Origin: Macrostomum hystrix
Taxonomy: Eukaryota > Animalia > Platyhelminthes
DNA length: 64,000 nucleotides
NCBI GenBank assembly: GCA_950097015.1
Contig: CATNEN010000011.1
Coordinates: 124,001 to 188,000 of the forward strand
Reading direction: 5' to 3'
Shown: piece by piece, positions 11,730 through 22,703 of the stretch
How positions within the stretch are numbered: position 1 is the stretch's first letter
How the letters are laid out: every line of letters starts with the position of its first letter
Position numbers and translations under genes: made by a program
Notes under the pieces: generated by a model
Seen by the model: the letters and a program-made list of their open reading frames with translations, nothing else
Database searches by the model: none
Told to the model about the DNA's origin: nothing

Positions 11730-13346
11730 CTACTCTGCGGCATTAGCACTGTCTTTTTTTGCGAACGGGGCTTTTTTCAACCAACGCTGAACTGCATCGA
11801 TAACAGCTTCTCGACTCGCATCAGGTTGACTTAAACGAGTCAGTTTGAGAATGTAGTCAAAGGTTTTTGGAAATTCATCTCTTAGTGAAGCTTTTTCCGA
11901 AGCCCGATTTGTCCCAGCCCAATTCAGAACCTTTGCCACATTGACTGAAATGGTTGTCTTACATGCCATGTACGTGGCAGATCGCACATCTGAACCACCG
12001 ATCCGACCGATTGAATTCAGAACGACATTTTCATTTTCATTTAGGTGCTCTTCGAACAATTTTAGATCACCAATTGTTCCAATTGGTAAATGGCAAGGAA
12101 GTTGCTGAAGCACGTTTGCAGAACTTATCTGCTGTTTTGAAATGAGATTGCGAAGCATTTGATTGTTTTCTCTAACCAAGACAAACGTCGCACAAAGAAG
12201 ACGGAGGTGACTAGGACCAGTTGTTGCGTCTCTGTTTGCTCCACGTTCTGCCAATAGCTCAGTGGCAATAGATTCAAAGGCCTCATTGCTGATGCCGAAA
12301 TCAGCATTCCTGGCTGCGGAATTTCTGGCGCTTGCACCTCTTGGCGTTAATGTCACGTCTAGAGAGTCTAAGAGCTTCGGTTGAGTTGAAGCAGTAGCCA
12401 CGGTTGTTGCAACGTTGCTAGGCGTCACCCCCGCAGCAGCCACGGTTGTCGCAACGTTGCTAGGCGTCACCCCCGCAGCAGCCACGGTTGTCGCAACGTT
12501 GCTAGGCGTCAACCCCGCAGCAGCCACGGTTGTCGCAACGTTGCTAGGCGTCAACCCCGCAGCAGCCACGGTTGTCGCAACGTTGCTAGGCGTCAACCCC
12601 GCAGCAGCCACGGTTGTCGCAACGTTGCTAGGCGTCACCCCCGCAGCAGCCACGGTTGTCGCAACGTTGCTAGGCGTCACCGCAGCAGCCGACTTGGGTG
12701 TCGTAGTCGCGTCCATGAAAGTGGCAGCTGCAGATCCCAGTGGCAGACTCTGATTGTAAGCGGTCATTACTCTTACATAAAGAGGTGGCGGCACTGGATC
12801 ATCGTCATCACTAGTCTGTTCATATCTTGAGATGCTCGTGTCACTGCTTCTTTTATTCGCAGGATGTTTGTCGATTAACCTGGATTCTGCATTTGATAAG
12901 CACGGGAAAATAATTTCAAGTCAATACATTAGGAAAAATGCATTATAGTATATCCACCTGAAAACATACCTTCAGGACGTCTTCTTTTCCTAGCCAATTC
13001 ATGATCTGAGTCGCTGCAAGAGAGACTTGAAAATTGGTACTTCTTTTCCTTATCGACAGCAGTCGCATATTCATCTGAAGTTAAACGAATTGTTTAAACA
13101 CTTTAAACGATAGCTAAAAAATTGTTTCTTGAAAATAAAAGCAAAGTTACACTTACTACTTCGAAATACGATTTTGAATTCATGATATTCGTCCCAGTTA
13201 GCCATTGGGCTCTTAGAATACATTTTCCGATGGTCATCACTGGCAGGTGGGAAGTAAACTGTGTTAGAATTGGAATCAAGCCAGGTGCTAGGAATTACAG
13301 CAATGGTTCCTTCAGCAAAGCTAACAACAAGCCAATTTTTCTCCAT
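11730..13346 (-). CDS. Spliced accessory gene of element B (exons 13346-13157, 13074-12970, 12886-11730); DUF4806-like
   Basis: GT-AG introns with compatible phases. N-terminus MEKNWLVVSF..AVIPSTW; C-terminal LPIGTIGDLKLFEEHL...LNWAG...VQRWLKKAP. An extra 3' intron is not excluded. Confidence 0.72.
12391..12689 (-). repeat. 42-bp coding tandem repeat, 7 copies (AAAG[V/L]TPSNVATTV)
   Basis: Directly visible in DNA and protein. Confidence 0.95.
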
Positions 13347-15378
13347 GTGAATCTGGAAAGTCAAGGCGAAGAGGAATGATAACATATCCTTTCTTTACAG
13401 GAAAACCGCAAGCCTTGTCCAATATGCAATCATCAGTGACATCGAATGGTGCTCCAAAACAGCCATCTTTGACAAAAAATATTCCTACAGCTGAACTTTT
13501 TATTGGATAGGAATAAAAATCTTCTTTCTGTGTAAATTCCATCACCTTGAACTTAGCAGGCAAAACTTCAGTAACAAGACAGACTTGAAGAGTCCTTGTG
13601 ATAATAAAACAATCTCTGCTGTTAACTCTTATTGTACTCTTGTGAGATGGTACGGCAAGCTCAGCCCTGGACCTTTTTGTCATCAAATATTCACCAGTCC
13701 GATTTCTCAGTTGAGCAATCACTTGATTACCACTGCATAGTCTGTTCTTTAGAATCTGCAAAAAACTTTCAAATCGAAAAGCAGAAAATGCATCTACTGC
13801 ACCAAATTTTTCACAGTCATTTGGCAAATGAATCAGAGAATGAACTATGTTTGAGACAAATCCACGTCCATACAATCCAGATGACTTTGTAACAAATTCT
13901 TTTAGCAGATTGGTTGCAGCAACAACATTTACACTTAGCATTGCAGATTTACCACAAAGAAGATGCATTGCAATGTGAAAGTATAGAAAATGAGGATAAA
14001 TGTCCTTTGGAATACTAGCATCATTTAAAACAATGATTCCATAATAGAGAATAAATGATCGGAATTCAGCTCCTTTCCAATAGCAAAGCTCATTAAGCCC
14101 TCGTGGCTTTCGGCAAAATTCTGATGGGACATGTGATTTTAATGAAACTAAATTGGCAGATAAAGTCTTAATAGCCTGACTTGGCATTCGGACCTTGTAT
14201 GGGCCCTCTTTTATCCAGAAATACATCATCCTTCTCATAACACCAAGATATGCCACATGAAGAACATCAAGTGGAAATGATGCAACCATGTCAATTGAAT
14301 TTAATTCAAGAAATGGTGATAATCCATTGGCTTCATTATGGTGATCCTCATCAATTTGCAGTCGAAATTCAAGATCAGTTCGTAGATCAGCATTAACTTC
14401 ATCAAAGACAATGCAACTTCTTTCCTCACATCGAGTACCTTCTACTTTACATTTGTCACAACTATGATAACCAGTTGGATACTTAGTGCACTTCAATAAG
14501 CACCTAGCTGGTGCATCACAAATTATTGCCTTTGTTAAAATTGCATAATGATGACCACAATAATCAAATCCACTTGAAATTAGATGATTCAATTCTTTAA
14601 TCAGTTCAGAACACAGTTGTTTGGGATTTGGCTTATCTCTTGAATAATAGAACTGGATGACAAAAGGTTCAGATTGTAATTCAGGAACAAAACCAAGAAT
14701 AGGCCAGCACTGGTAGCCAGAACTTTTGAAAAAACTGATTCCATCAATATTTAGGAATAGAGTCAACTGATTAGATTTGGTATGTATGCTTGATAAAGAA
14801 TTATCTATTATAGATTCAATTGCAGACTGTACACCAACATAATAGATATCTTTAGAACAGTAATATGACTTTGCATTAGTGCTATGAGCCAACAATGTTG
14901 ATGCTGTCAATGGAAGATCCAAATTTGGAAAATGTTTAGCATGTAGATGCAGTAAAGACGTAATATGTACTTGACTCACTTTGGCTTCAACAACCCATGC
15001 AGCCAAGTCATCTTTGAAGCTACTTTGGACTTTGTCATAAGACTCTGACCTTTCTGATAAGTCTGATAAAAATTCTTTTGTAATGTCTACAAAATGTTGT
15101 AGCAATGTGTCTTCATGTTCAAAATGGTCAACATCAGAAGTATCTTCCACCTCAATAAGGTGAAGACCATTATTAGAAAACTCTTCTAAGACAAAGTTGC
15201 TCAAAATCTTGTCAATGTCAATATCAATATCTGACAAACAAATGCCACTAGATGATTCATCTTGAAGTGGGTATAAATAGTAAATTTGTTGAGACAATGA
15301 ATTTTCTATATGTTTCTCTTGGTCTTTTATTTTAGCTTCAATTTCATTAATACTTCGCTTTAGTTGCCTTTGGTTCAT
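13321..15378 (-). CDS. EnSpm/CACTA-like transposase (element B), intact 685 aa
   Basis: NIDGISFFKS..CWPILG, CDAPARCLLK..PTGYHSCDKC, DVLHVAYLGV, WKGAEFRSF, IVHSLIHL and FSAFRFESF motifs. Confidence 0.9.
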   Translation of the reverse strand: MNQRQLKRSINEIEAKIKDQEKHIENSLSQQIYYLYPLQDESSSGICLSDIDIDIDKILSNFVLEEFSNNGLHLIEVEDTSDVDHFEHEDTLLQHFVDITKEFLSDLSERSESYDKVQSSFKDDLAAWVVEAKVSQVHITSLLHLHAKHFPNLDLPLTASTLLAHSTNAKSYYCSKDIYYVGVQSAIESIIDNSLSSIHTKSNQLTLFLNIDGISFFKSSGYQCWPILGFVPELQSEPFVIQFYYSRDKPNPKQLCSELIKELNHLISSGFDYCGHHYAILTKAIICDAPARCLLKCTKYPTGYHSCDKCKVEGTRCEERSCIVFDEVNADLRTDLEFRLQIDEDHHNEANGLSPFLELNSIDMVASFPLDVLHVAYLGVMRRMMYFWIKEGPYKVRMPSQAIKTLSANLVSLKSHVPSEFCRKPRGLNELCYWKGAEFRSFILYYGIIVLNDASIPKDIYPHFLYFHIAMHLLCGKSAMLSVNVVAATNLLKEFVTKSSGLYGRGFVSNIVHSLIHLPNDCEKFGAVDAFSAFRFESFLQILKNRLCSGNQVIAQLRNRTGEYLMTKRSRAELAVPSHKSTIRVNSRDCFIITRTLQVCLVTEVLPAKFKVMEFTQKEDFYSYPIKSSAVGIFFVKDGCFGAPFDVTDDCILDKACGFPVKKGYVIIPLRLDFPDSHGEKLACC

Positions 15379-16096
15379 TTACATCTGGAATTCAAAATTA
15401 GTCAATTGTTTTAAATCAATCTTACAATGTCTATCACATTGAAAAAATATTATGATGATTGTACTAAGGTGCCAACTGTTAGGCCTAAGTTAAATTTATT
15501 TAGTAATATGAATAAGCTACATATAAAAAGTTGCTTTAGATATAAATAATAGATAGAAAATAATACTAACATAATAGATATTAACATACTATATAGACAC
15601 TGGCTACAATAGGGCAAACAGTTATTTAGACAAAATAATTATTTCAACAGATTTTATTTCATTGCCTAAAACAAAAATAACATTTTATAAAATTATGTTA
15701 TAAAATAACATTTACATTTACAAATAACGATAACATAAACATTTTTCTTAAACTATCTGTCTATATTTTTAGTTTTTGTAGCTGAATATCTAGATTATAG
15801 AATATAATAGAATATTCCGCTAGTTCAATAAGGATTTAATTTAAAATTTCATTGACGGCCATCTTGATTTTTGTATTATAAGAAAATTCATATTTCTTTT
15901 GCAACTTTTTTTATTTCTGCCTAAATCTCCAAATTAAAATAATAACTAAATTATTATCTATTAAGTTATTAGACTAAAAATTGATTTTACAGTTTGGAAT
16001 TATTGTTAATTTTTAGTTACCGCATTAACGTTACATAAAAATCTTATAAATAACGAGAAGCAAACGTTAGTCCTAACGTTAGCATGGACTAGGGCT

Positions 16097-16529
16097 GTTG
16101 CAACGTCTGACTATGCTGACGAGAACTGGAAGCCCAATGTGCAGAGGCCTTCCGACGCGCCGAAGTCGCCATACAGGTGAAACAATGTTCCTATTTAATT
16201 GGTATTTATTTTATTTTATTTAATCTGACTTTGCAGTCCCCGGCCACAATTCTCATCGCGCGTTATATGCGTTTCACAAACAGGATGTCCGAGACGCCAT
16301 GGACAAATTTGCTGACCTGCGGCTACGCAGGTTTCTGCGGCCGCGTGTGCCATCTACAGCTGCGAGCGCGGATCGGTTACCCCTGTCCCCGGTTTTCGGC
16401 CGGACAATCAACATCTGCTCGTTTGGCGATTTCGTATATGGTAGGCGTCGTCATTGGGCCGATGACGGCATGGACGAGCTTCTTAGTGAAGCTCTTGAAG
16501 AAGCGAAAGGCACAATTAACACTCTGTGA
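16097..16529 (+). pseudogene. 3' part of an outer-element ORF disrupted by the solo LTR and element B (other pieces 1976-2009 and 10401-10618)
   Basis: Removing the inserts restores open frames. A 60-bp GT-AG intron lies at 16177-16236. The correct frame is ambiguous. Confidence 0.45.
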
Positions 16530-17408
16530 CCAATAATCCCTGTGTAACATAACGAAAGGACTAACTGCAATTCGCACAGTCTCACATTGTCCACTCACAT
16601 AACACATGACTGACATTACGCACGGAGTTCTCACCTTTTTAACTGCATGCCCAAGCATCTCGCTTAACATCAACTTAAGTGTTGTTCCGACTGCTGTACT
16701 GTGAATTACCGTGCGTGACTGTATACTTTCATACTACAACATGTACCGAAGAAATATAACTGTCCTAGCATTTATGACGCCGCACTAGCATGTGACTTAA
16801 TACTGTTATATTGTACTCCATTTTAGCCATTTTTGATTGTCTCTCGCCAGCTTCTCTCTAGGTGATCGATCCTGTGATCGTACGCTGATGAATTCAAATC
16901 TTACTTTTGCATATCAATAATATGAGCACCTAAACCAACGCAATATTAACACGCAGTAGTCTTGAAAAGAAGAGCATAATGGTGAGAAGTTATCCGATAA
17001 AAAAATTTCCGGGTGTTGTGGTGTACTGACACTAGTTGTCAAATTAATTCATTCAGGAGGTAGCAATTACGCGTTTGCTAGGGGAACATTGTTGTGATTA
17101 CAGCGTACTTTCAATATTGCAGCACAACAGCACCACAATGAAACAAAAGTTTAACGACAGAACGACAATGTCGAAAGAGTCTAAATCCGGAAGACGTGCA
17201 CATGGACCGACGCACTTAAGCGACACGACTAACCTGCATCATCCGACTAAGGTGCGTAAGATAAAAGGGCGGGACACCACCAAAAAAGTGTCCTCTCGAT
17301 TGGCCAGCAATAAGCCCTTCGTAGCATCAATGAAGAAGTCGGTGCTCCCAAGGCTGGCCGCAAGGATGGGACAGTCCGTGATCCGCACCACAAAGCAGCT
17401 GTGAAAAA

Positions 17409-18683
17409 TTGGCAAATTGGCAAAATTGGCACAAGGGCACACGGAGTCCGAACCAACCCCCAGTGAGGTGCAGGGCAGCAGTGCACCATCTGCACAAGAA
17501 GACTGCATCACTAGTCACTCCACTACTAGTCCCTCAGACGAGACCTTACAAGCTGGGTTTGAGTAACGTATTCTTCGTGTTCCAGTACGCAGAGTACCAT
17601 GACCGCACAGAAGTAGTAGCCACTTCGGATGGCGCTACTCCAATCGTCGTGTCGTACAAGCGCGGATCGCCACTGCCTCTGTCGGTGGGCAGCGAGGTAG
17701 CCATCGTGACAGCTAAGTCGAATCGATCGAAAGCCAAGCGATGGTTCGGCACGATCGTAAAAGGGCCATTCGATACGAAGGCCGAAGCATCTGGTCAGGC
17801 TGCGCCAACTAACGTGCACGCACCAGCATGCGAGCTGCCTCGACAGTGCGCTTCCTGCCGAAGCCTGATTTTAGAGCTAAATCGCACCAGCAGTCTGGCT
17901 GAGACACTCCGTAAGTACAGCTATATAAGTTTTGTTCATGTATATCATCTTTCCTGACAGTGAAACCGTTTGATCGAGATGGAAACTAAATGGAGGGGAG
18001 GAGCTGCAGGGGAGGCAAAATGAAATATATCAGAAGCACTATTCACGAAAACTGATGCACATTAATTTACGATCCTTCCTCCAATTTATGTTCCACTATA
18101 CATCCGTTTCAACGTAGGTTCCGAGGTTCGCCGAAAAGGAGCCCTCGAGCAAGAATTCCGCACGGAGAACAACTCACTGCGTGAGCACTTGAAAGTAGCC
18201 TCGAAGATGGAAAAGTCTCTTTTACGGCAGCTCAAAACTGACCAGCGCCAAACAGCTCAGCTGAAGAGGCAGGCCAGCGAGTGCAATGCACTCTTAACTC
18301 AGGCCTCGTTGGCGCTGTGTTCCACCATGGTCGGAGGCACGGAGCGCACATCTGACCTTATCGACGGCTGTGCCACGATTGATTCGTTCGACGAGGAGGC
18401 CACTGCCAGTGAGAGAGCGACTGAGGCCGATCCTCCAACTGCCGATTCGACAACGCGCCTGTCCATTGTGCAAACGCGTGCGCTTGTGACCGCCTGTGAC
18501 GCTGCGGCTGCAGCTTCAACATCGGCGTCTGCACCGGGCACATCAAATGTGCCTCTGTCGGACAAGCACCCTTTAATACTGGTAACAGTACAGTCCCGAT
18601 TAGAGCTGCAGACGGCTCTGAGCATATCCAAAGAGGCAGAGAAAGCATGCAGTGTCGACTTAGACGCCGCGCCAACTAAGTAG
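17409..18683 (+). CDS. Spliced accessory gene of the outer element (intron 17911-18117); start uncertain
   Basis: GTAAGT donor at 17911 and TAG acceptor at 18117 join the two ORFs in frame. QCASCR plus coiled-coil parallels NCASCG in the element A accessory protein. Confidence 0.55.
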
Positions 18684-18905
18684 AAATATAAGCAAATTGA
18701 TTTAAGAGTTAAAAATGTTTTCGTAGACTAAGGCTTCATATAAAATAAAGTTAAACATAGCAGATATATTATTCACAATACGAGTATACACATAGAACTT
18801 GCAGCCATAAGCAGCACACTGTCGACGCGATTTTGTTGGCATGTTATGGATTGCTGTCTTCACAGATAATTATAGTATCTGTGGTCTTCTTAGCCTTAGG
18901 CTTTT

Positions 18906-19306
18906 ACTAGCTATTCTGCACCCGCTTTGCGGGACCTGTACAACATAAAGCTATTATCCAGGATGCAAAATGATTATAGTAGAATGAGCATGAACAACCA
19001 AGCAGTATAAATTTTATATTAGACTCTAGCTGCGCAGCCCAGACTTTTTAGCCACCATACACCATAAACTAAAATTTGAAGAATTGAGCTCTCACTGCAA
19101 GCAAAATACACTAAATGCTTAGGAAAAATACAGTTTTTCTCCATTTTAAGAGGCTAAATTTGCAACTGATAAAAATCAAAATAGTTTTGCATTGTCATTG
19201 CATTGGAAAATTTGCTTTCAATTGGTCCACGTTTCAACATAACTGGACAATTAGTCTAGGAGATATGAATATACAGACAGACAGATATTGATTTACTAAT
19301 ATAGAT
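18906..19306 (+). mobile_element. Helentron-associated non-autonomous element (HINE-like), about 400 bp
   Basis: 5' ACTAG with hairpin CCCGCTTTGCGGG; 3' ACAGACAGACAG...TTTACTAATATAGAT; inserted between T residues with no TSD. Confidence 0.55.
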
Positions 19307-20168
19307 TCCAACTCGAAAATAAACCATGCTGGTAATAAACGTAGCTAAGAGGCAAAATCATAAAGGTAGTTAATAAGGTCACGAGGTCTACGGAAAATTG
19401 GAGTACTACTATTATTTTCTTCACCAAATGAGTAGCTTAAGTTCAAATTTATTTTTCTGATAACTACATATGGCAAAATGTACGTTTCAGCATTCTGTGG
19501 ATTTTCAGTGGATTCGCACAGAGGAGCAAGTAAAGAGCTTTGCGTGTGCTGCTCTCACAGATCGCGTTTGCTGCTATTTCAGCCCTATGTAAGGGCGCTT
19601 AGAGCTCTAGATAGTTTCCTTGATTGAAAAGTGTATTTACACACACTCCCAGTCAGCAGGAAGATAGGAATGCAGCTAAAGCTTGTAGCTCGCGCTGTGA
19701 GCAAGTTTCAGCTAGCTGCTCTCACGGATCGCATTATGCTGCTAAATCAGCACTAAATACAGGTCTTTGCAGCTCTAGCTAGCTTGCTTGACTATGAAAA
19801 GCGTTTTGCTGTACGCTCATCTTGAAAATATATTATCTATGGGTAGGTATTACTCGTATCTATTAGGTCGGTATGTGTTCAAATCTCGAGAGCCGAAGGC
19901 TCGAGGGATTTAAGTGAAATACCGACCATGAAAACCATCATGACACATCTATATTATACTACTTTCATTTCCAGGATTTATTCGAAAAAATCCCTGAAAT
20001 GTTTTATTCCTTCCTTTATTCGCTAAGCGTAAGGGACAAGCAGCACAGAGGTCTGCTCTTTCATTTTGTCTATGGCTGTGAGTCTACGTAATACCAGCCT
20101 GTATAAGACTAGCAGCACAGAGGTCCTATCTGGGAAATTATTTATTTATTTCTAGCAGCTCTTTCTAA

Positions 20169-20375
20169 CAACCATGGCTTCAAGAGTCTGTCATCGAATG
20201 CACTGTGCCTCTGCAAGACATGAACGACTCCGAACTCAATTCTCTGCTGTCAAAGTTCATACACGAAGTCACTCATGCGGACGGCTTAAAATATCCTGCC
20301 GGTACACTCGTATCTTTGATCGGTGGATTGCAGCAGACTGTCTCGGACGTGCGGCACGTCGACTTCTTTCGATGA
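20169..20375 (+). pseudogene. Crypton-type tyrosine recombinase fragment (DUF3504/ZMYM-like N-terminal part)
   Basis: Frame absent from the ORF track reads PLQDMNDSELNSLLSKFIHEVTHADGLKYPAGTLVSLIGGLQ, matching the recalled LxxFxxEVxxxDGxxYxxxTL signature; premature stop; hairpin GAGCCGAAGGCTC near 19890. Confidence 0.65.
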
Positions 20376-20836
20376 AATCGATTTGTCTGTTGTCAGTTCT
20401 GCTTTAAGTGTATTCTTGTCAATGGTCCAAACTGTTTCGAATAAATCCCTCGAACTGCTAGAATTTAAAGTAAAAAGGACCCGCAATACTACTGAGAGTT
20501 AAATAATCTACCGGTAAAATCCTTTGAAAGTAGTATAAATTTTGTTAAATGGCGCTTGCAGAGGACCTGCTACTGCATGGCTGTGCTTTTGCCTATATAA
20601 TTTTAACCCCTAGCATCTAAACCCCTATGTAAATCAGCATCTGCTAAGGTTTATAATTTTATGACAGTGTCTAGGCAAGATTAAACTAAGTGCTTACCAA
20701 CGATGAAGTAATAGAAGGAATCGATGGTGCTCACACTATCAACTACCCTATGGCTATATACTCGTAGAACGGATAATATTTTAGGGTCTATAAAATATCA
20801 CAGTTAATAAAAAATAATGACCGAGAAAAAATGCGG

Positions 20837-21024
20837 TCAGTCATACCCTAGTGGAGGCGACGGCAGCTGCTCTTGTTTACTCTGAACGTCTGTAGAGACC
20901 TGATTGTTATGATTTAAACAGAAGAACAGATCAACGGCTTCACCAATTAGACTGCTGGCCGCTCGCCTCTCATCCTTGCTGGATATAAGCTTAGCACGAG
21001 TGTCTATCAGGCTCGAATGAAAGT
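20837..21024 (-). CDS. Tandem-CARD gene, exon 5 (terminal, or spliced onward at the GTATGA donor near 20846)
   Basis: ATTTTCAG acceptor, phase 1, frame open for 62 codons to TGA at 20837-20839. Confidence 0.6.
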
Positions 21025-21594
21025 CTGAAAATATGTTACAGTCGGAGACATGTAAAATAATAAACTTTCACTTTAGAAAATATAATCACGGGTCATATCT
21101 AGCTGCCAGTAGATCCTTTTGACAGGTTTCTTATCTTGTTGGTAAGGTGCTCAAAATGTATTCTCCAATAGGATTATTGCCCCTTTAGGTGAGAGCAACA
21201 TTTTTACTTTACAATTCAGACTTTTTGCTGCCTGCCAATGTTTTAATTCCGTCATTGCTTATCAAGTTCCATTTTAGATTCGATAGCTTTTTATAGACCA
21301 AAGCTAAAACTAGGGCTCTCTCCGATCCCATCGCTGGAATATGAAAATATTTGATTCCATCTGCTCCAATAAACCCAGATGTGCAGCAGACAGCAGAAAG
21401 CTATTGCGCGGCGCATCTGAATGCTGCGTACGGCTTCCTTACGCAGCCGTACGCATCCAGACCTTCAAGTCGTGAGTCAGACGCTCTTGGCTAAAACCCC
21501 CGCTATACGACCAGTATGAACGATTGCCCAAGTATGCGATTCCGTTCAGAATATGAAATTAGAGCACATAAAATGCTACAAATTCAATACTCAC

Positions 21595-21729
21595 TGCTTT
21601 CAAAGAACTGTTGAAACGATGGCAGAATCTGATCTAACTGGGACAGCATACCAGCTTGAATCATGGCTGTGATGAATTGGTGTGGCCAATTATGTTTTCT
21701 TATAAGGACTGACAGCAGAGTAACGTCTT
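21595..21729 (-). CDS. Tandem-CARD gene, exon 4 (DVTLLSVLIRKHNWPHQFITAMIQAG...)
   Basis: TTCACAG acceptor, GTGAGT donor, 135 nt, phase 1-1, no stops. Confidence 0.8.
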
Positions 21730-22703
21730 CTGTGAATGTAAATTGTACGCATTATGAGAACACAACAAACCACAGCACAAGAGTAGACAAGCAGTCATAT
21801 ACATGACATTAACCTCAATGAAAGTTAAAACAAATACTGTGGCGCCGTTTAAACATGTTTAACTCTGTTAACTATGTTCTATGTAACTAAACAATCTTCA
21901 TGATCGTTAACCATATCTGCCGTACTTTACTTGTTTGCTGATGTATTTATGATTTAGTGTCCACGTGCGGCACGTTACTCTGGTTTGTTCCTCTATATTT
22001 ACATCATGTTGTGGGCGGCACGTTGCCGCCAGGCATGTCCAATAATAATATAAAGGGCAGAGTGGCCATCAGTAAGTTTGAGTTTTTCGGCTGAGCTATC
22101 TCCTAAACCAAGAGTTCACTTCGTTACAAACGGCACGACAAATACAATAAATACTAAAATTAGAATACAAAAAATCAATGCTGATTTCAATCAAACCAGC
22201 AAGAGACTTCCGGTATTTCGTCGAGACTTATTTCATTCAATACTGAGACGTCAACAAAATTTTCCCAATCTGGGAGCGTCCACTTGTAATGAATTTTTTT
22301 TTGCTTTCACTCTCCATACTGCATCACGCCTCGCATGGGTTTGTATTATCAATTAACAAACATATCACAGCCATAGGTAGAAGCGACATGAAATCGTTCC
22401 TTTTAAGTTGAATTTGAAAAGTGAATTTTCTCTAATATCATACTTTGCTTTACGCTAATTTACATTTTACATTTAGGTTTGCGAAACGAAAAAAGAAGCG
22501 TTGTCGTAGCTGCAAAAATTGACTGGTAAATGTCCTTCTCGTACTTAAGTAAGTAAGTCAAGTCCTTCTCGTACTAGAGTATGCTAAGCTCACGAAGAGC
22601 GAGGTTCTGAGCGATTGGAGTTGTTCGTTGTTAATTAGCTTTGGAGCTAATTAACAAAAATATAACCATAATCAGTTAAAGGAAAATTTATACGCGCACT
22701 TAC

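Larger units (their letters stand above)
10619..16094 (-). mobile_element. Complete CMC/EnSpm-like transposon, element B (5476 bp)
   Basis: Perfect 10-bp TIR CCCTAGTCCA / TGGACTAGGG, dense (A)CGTTAG subterminal motifs at both ends, and 2-bp TSD CT (10617-10618 and 16095-16096). Confidence 0.9.
1..18683 (+). mobile_element. Outer CMC-type DNA transposon (host of the nest); termini not resolved
   Basis: Transposase (10-1524) followed by same-strand accessory ORFs (1976/10401/16097 pieces and 17409-18683), the layout also seen in elements A and B. No terminal inverted repeat (TIR) found inside the window. Confidence 0.45.

Noticed and set aside
20286-20460. Sixth CARD-gene exon (GSSRDLFETVW...)
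   Set aside because: It is phase-compatible with the GTATGA donor, but it overlaps the antisense Crypton-derived sequence and has no recognisable domain; unresolved without cDNA.
21209-21333. LRR-like or transmembrane alternative last exon of the CARD gene (ALVLALVYKKL..NLISNDGIKTLA)
   Set aside because: It is phase-compatible, but the hydrophobic stretch is too short for a MAVS-type anchor, the LRR resemblance is one partial repeat, and the flanks look like decayed retroelement.
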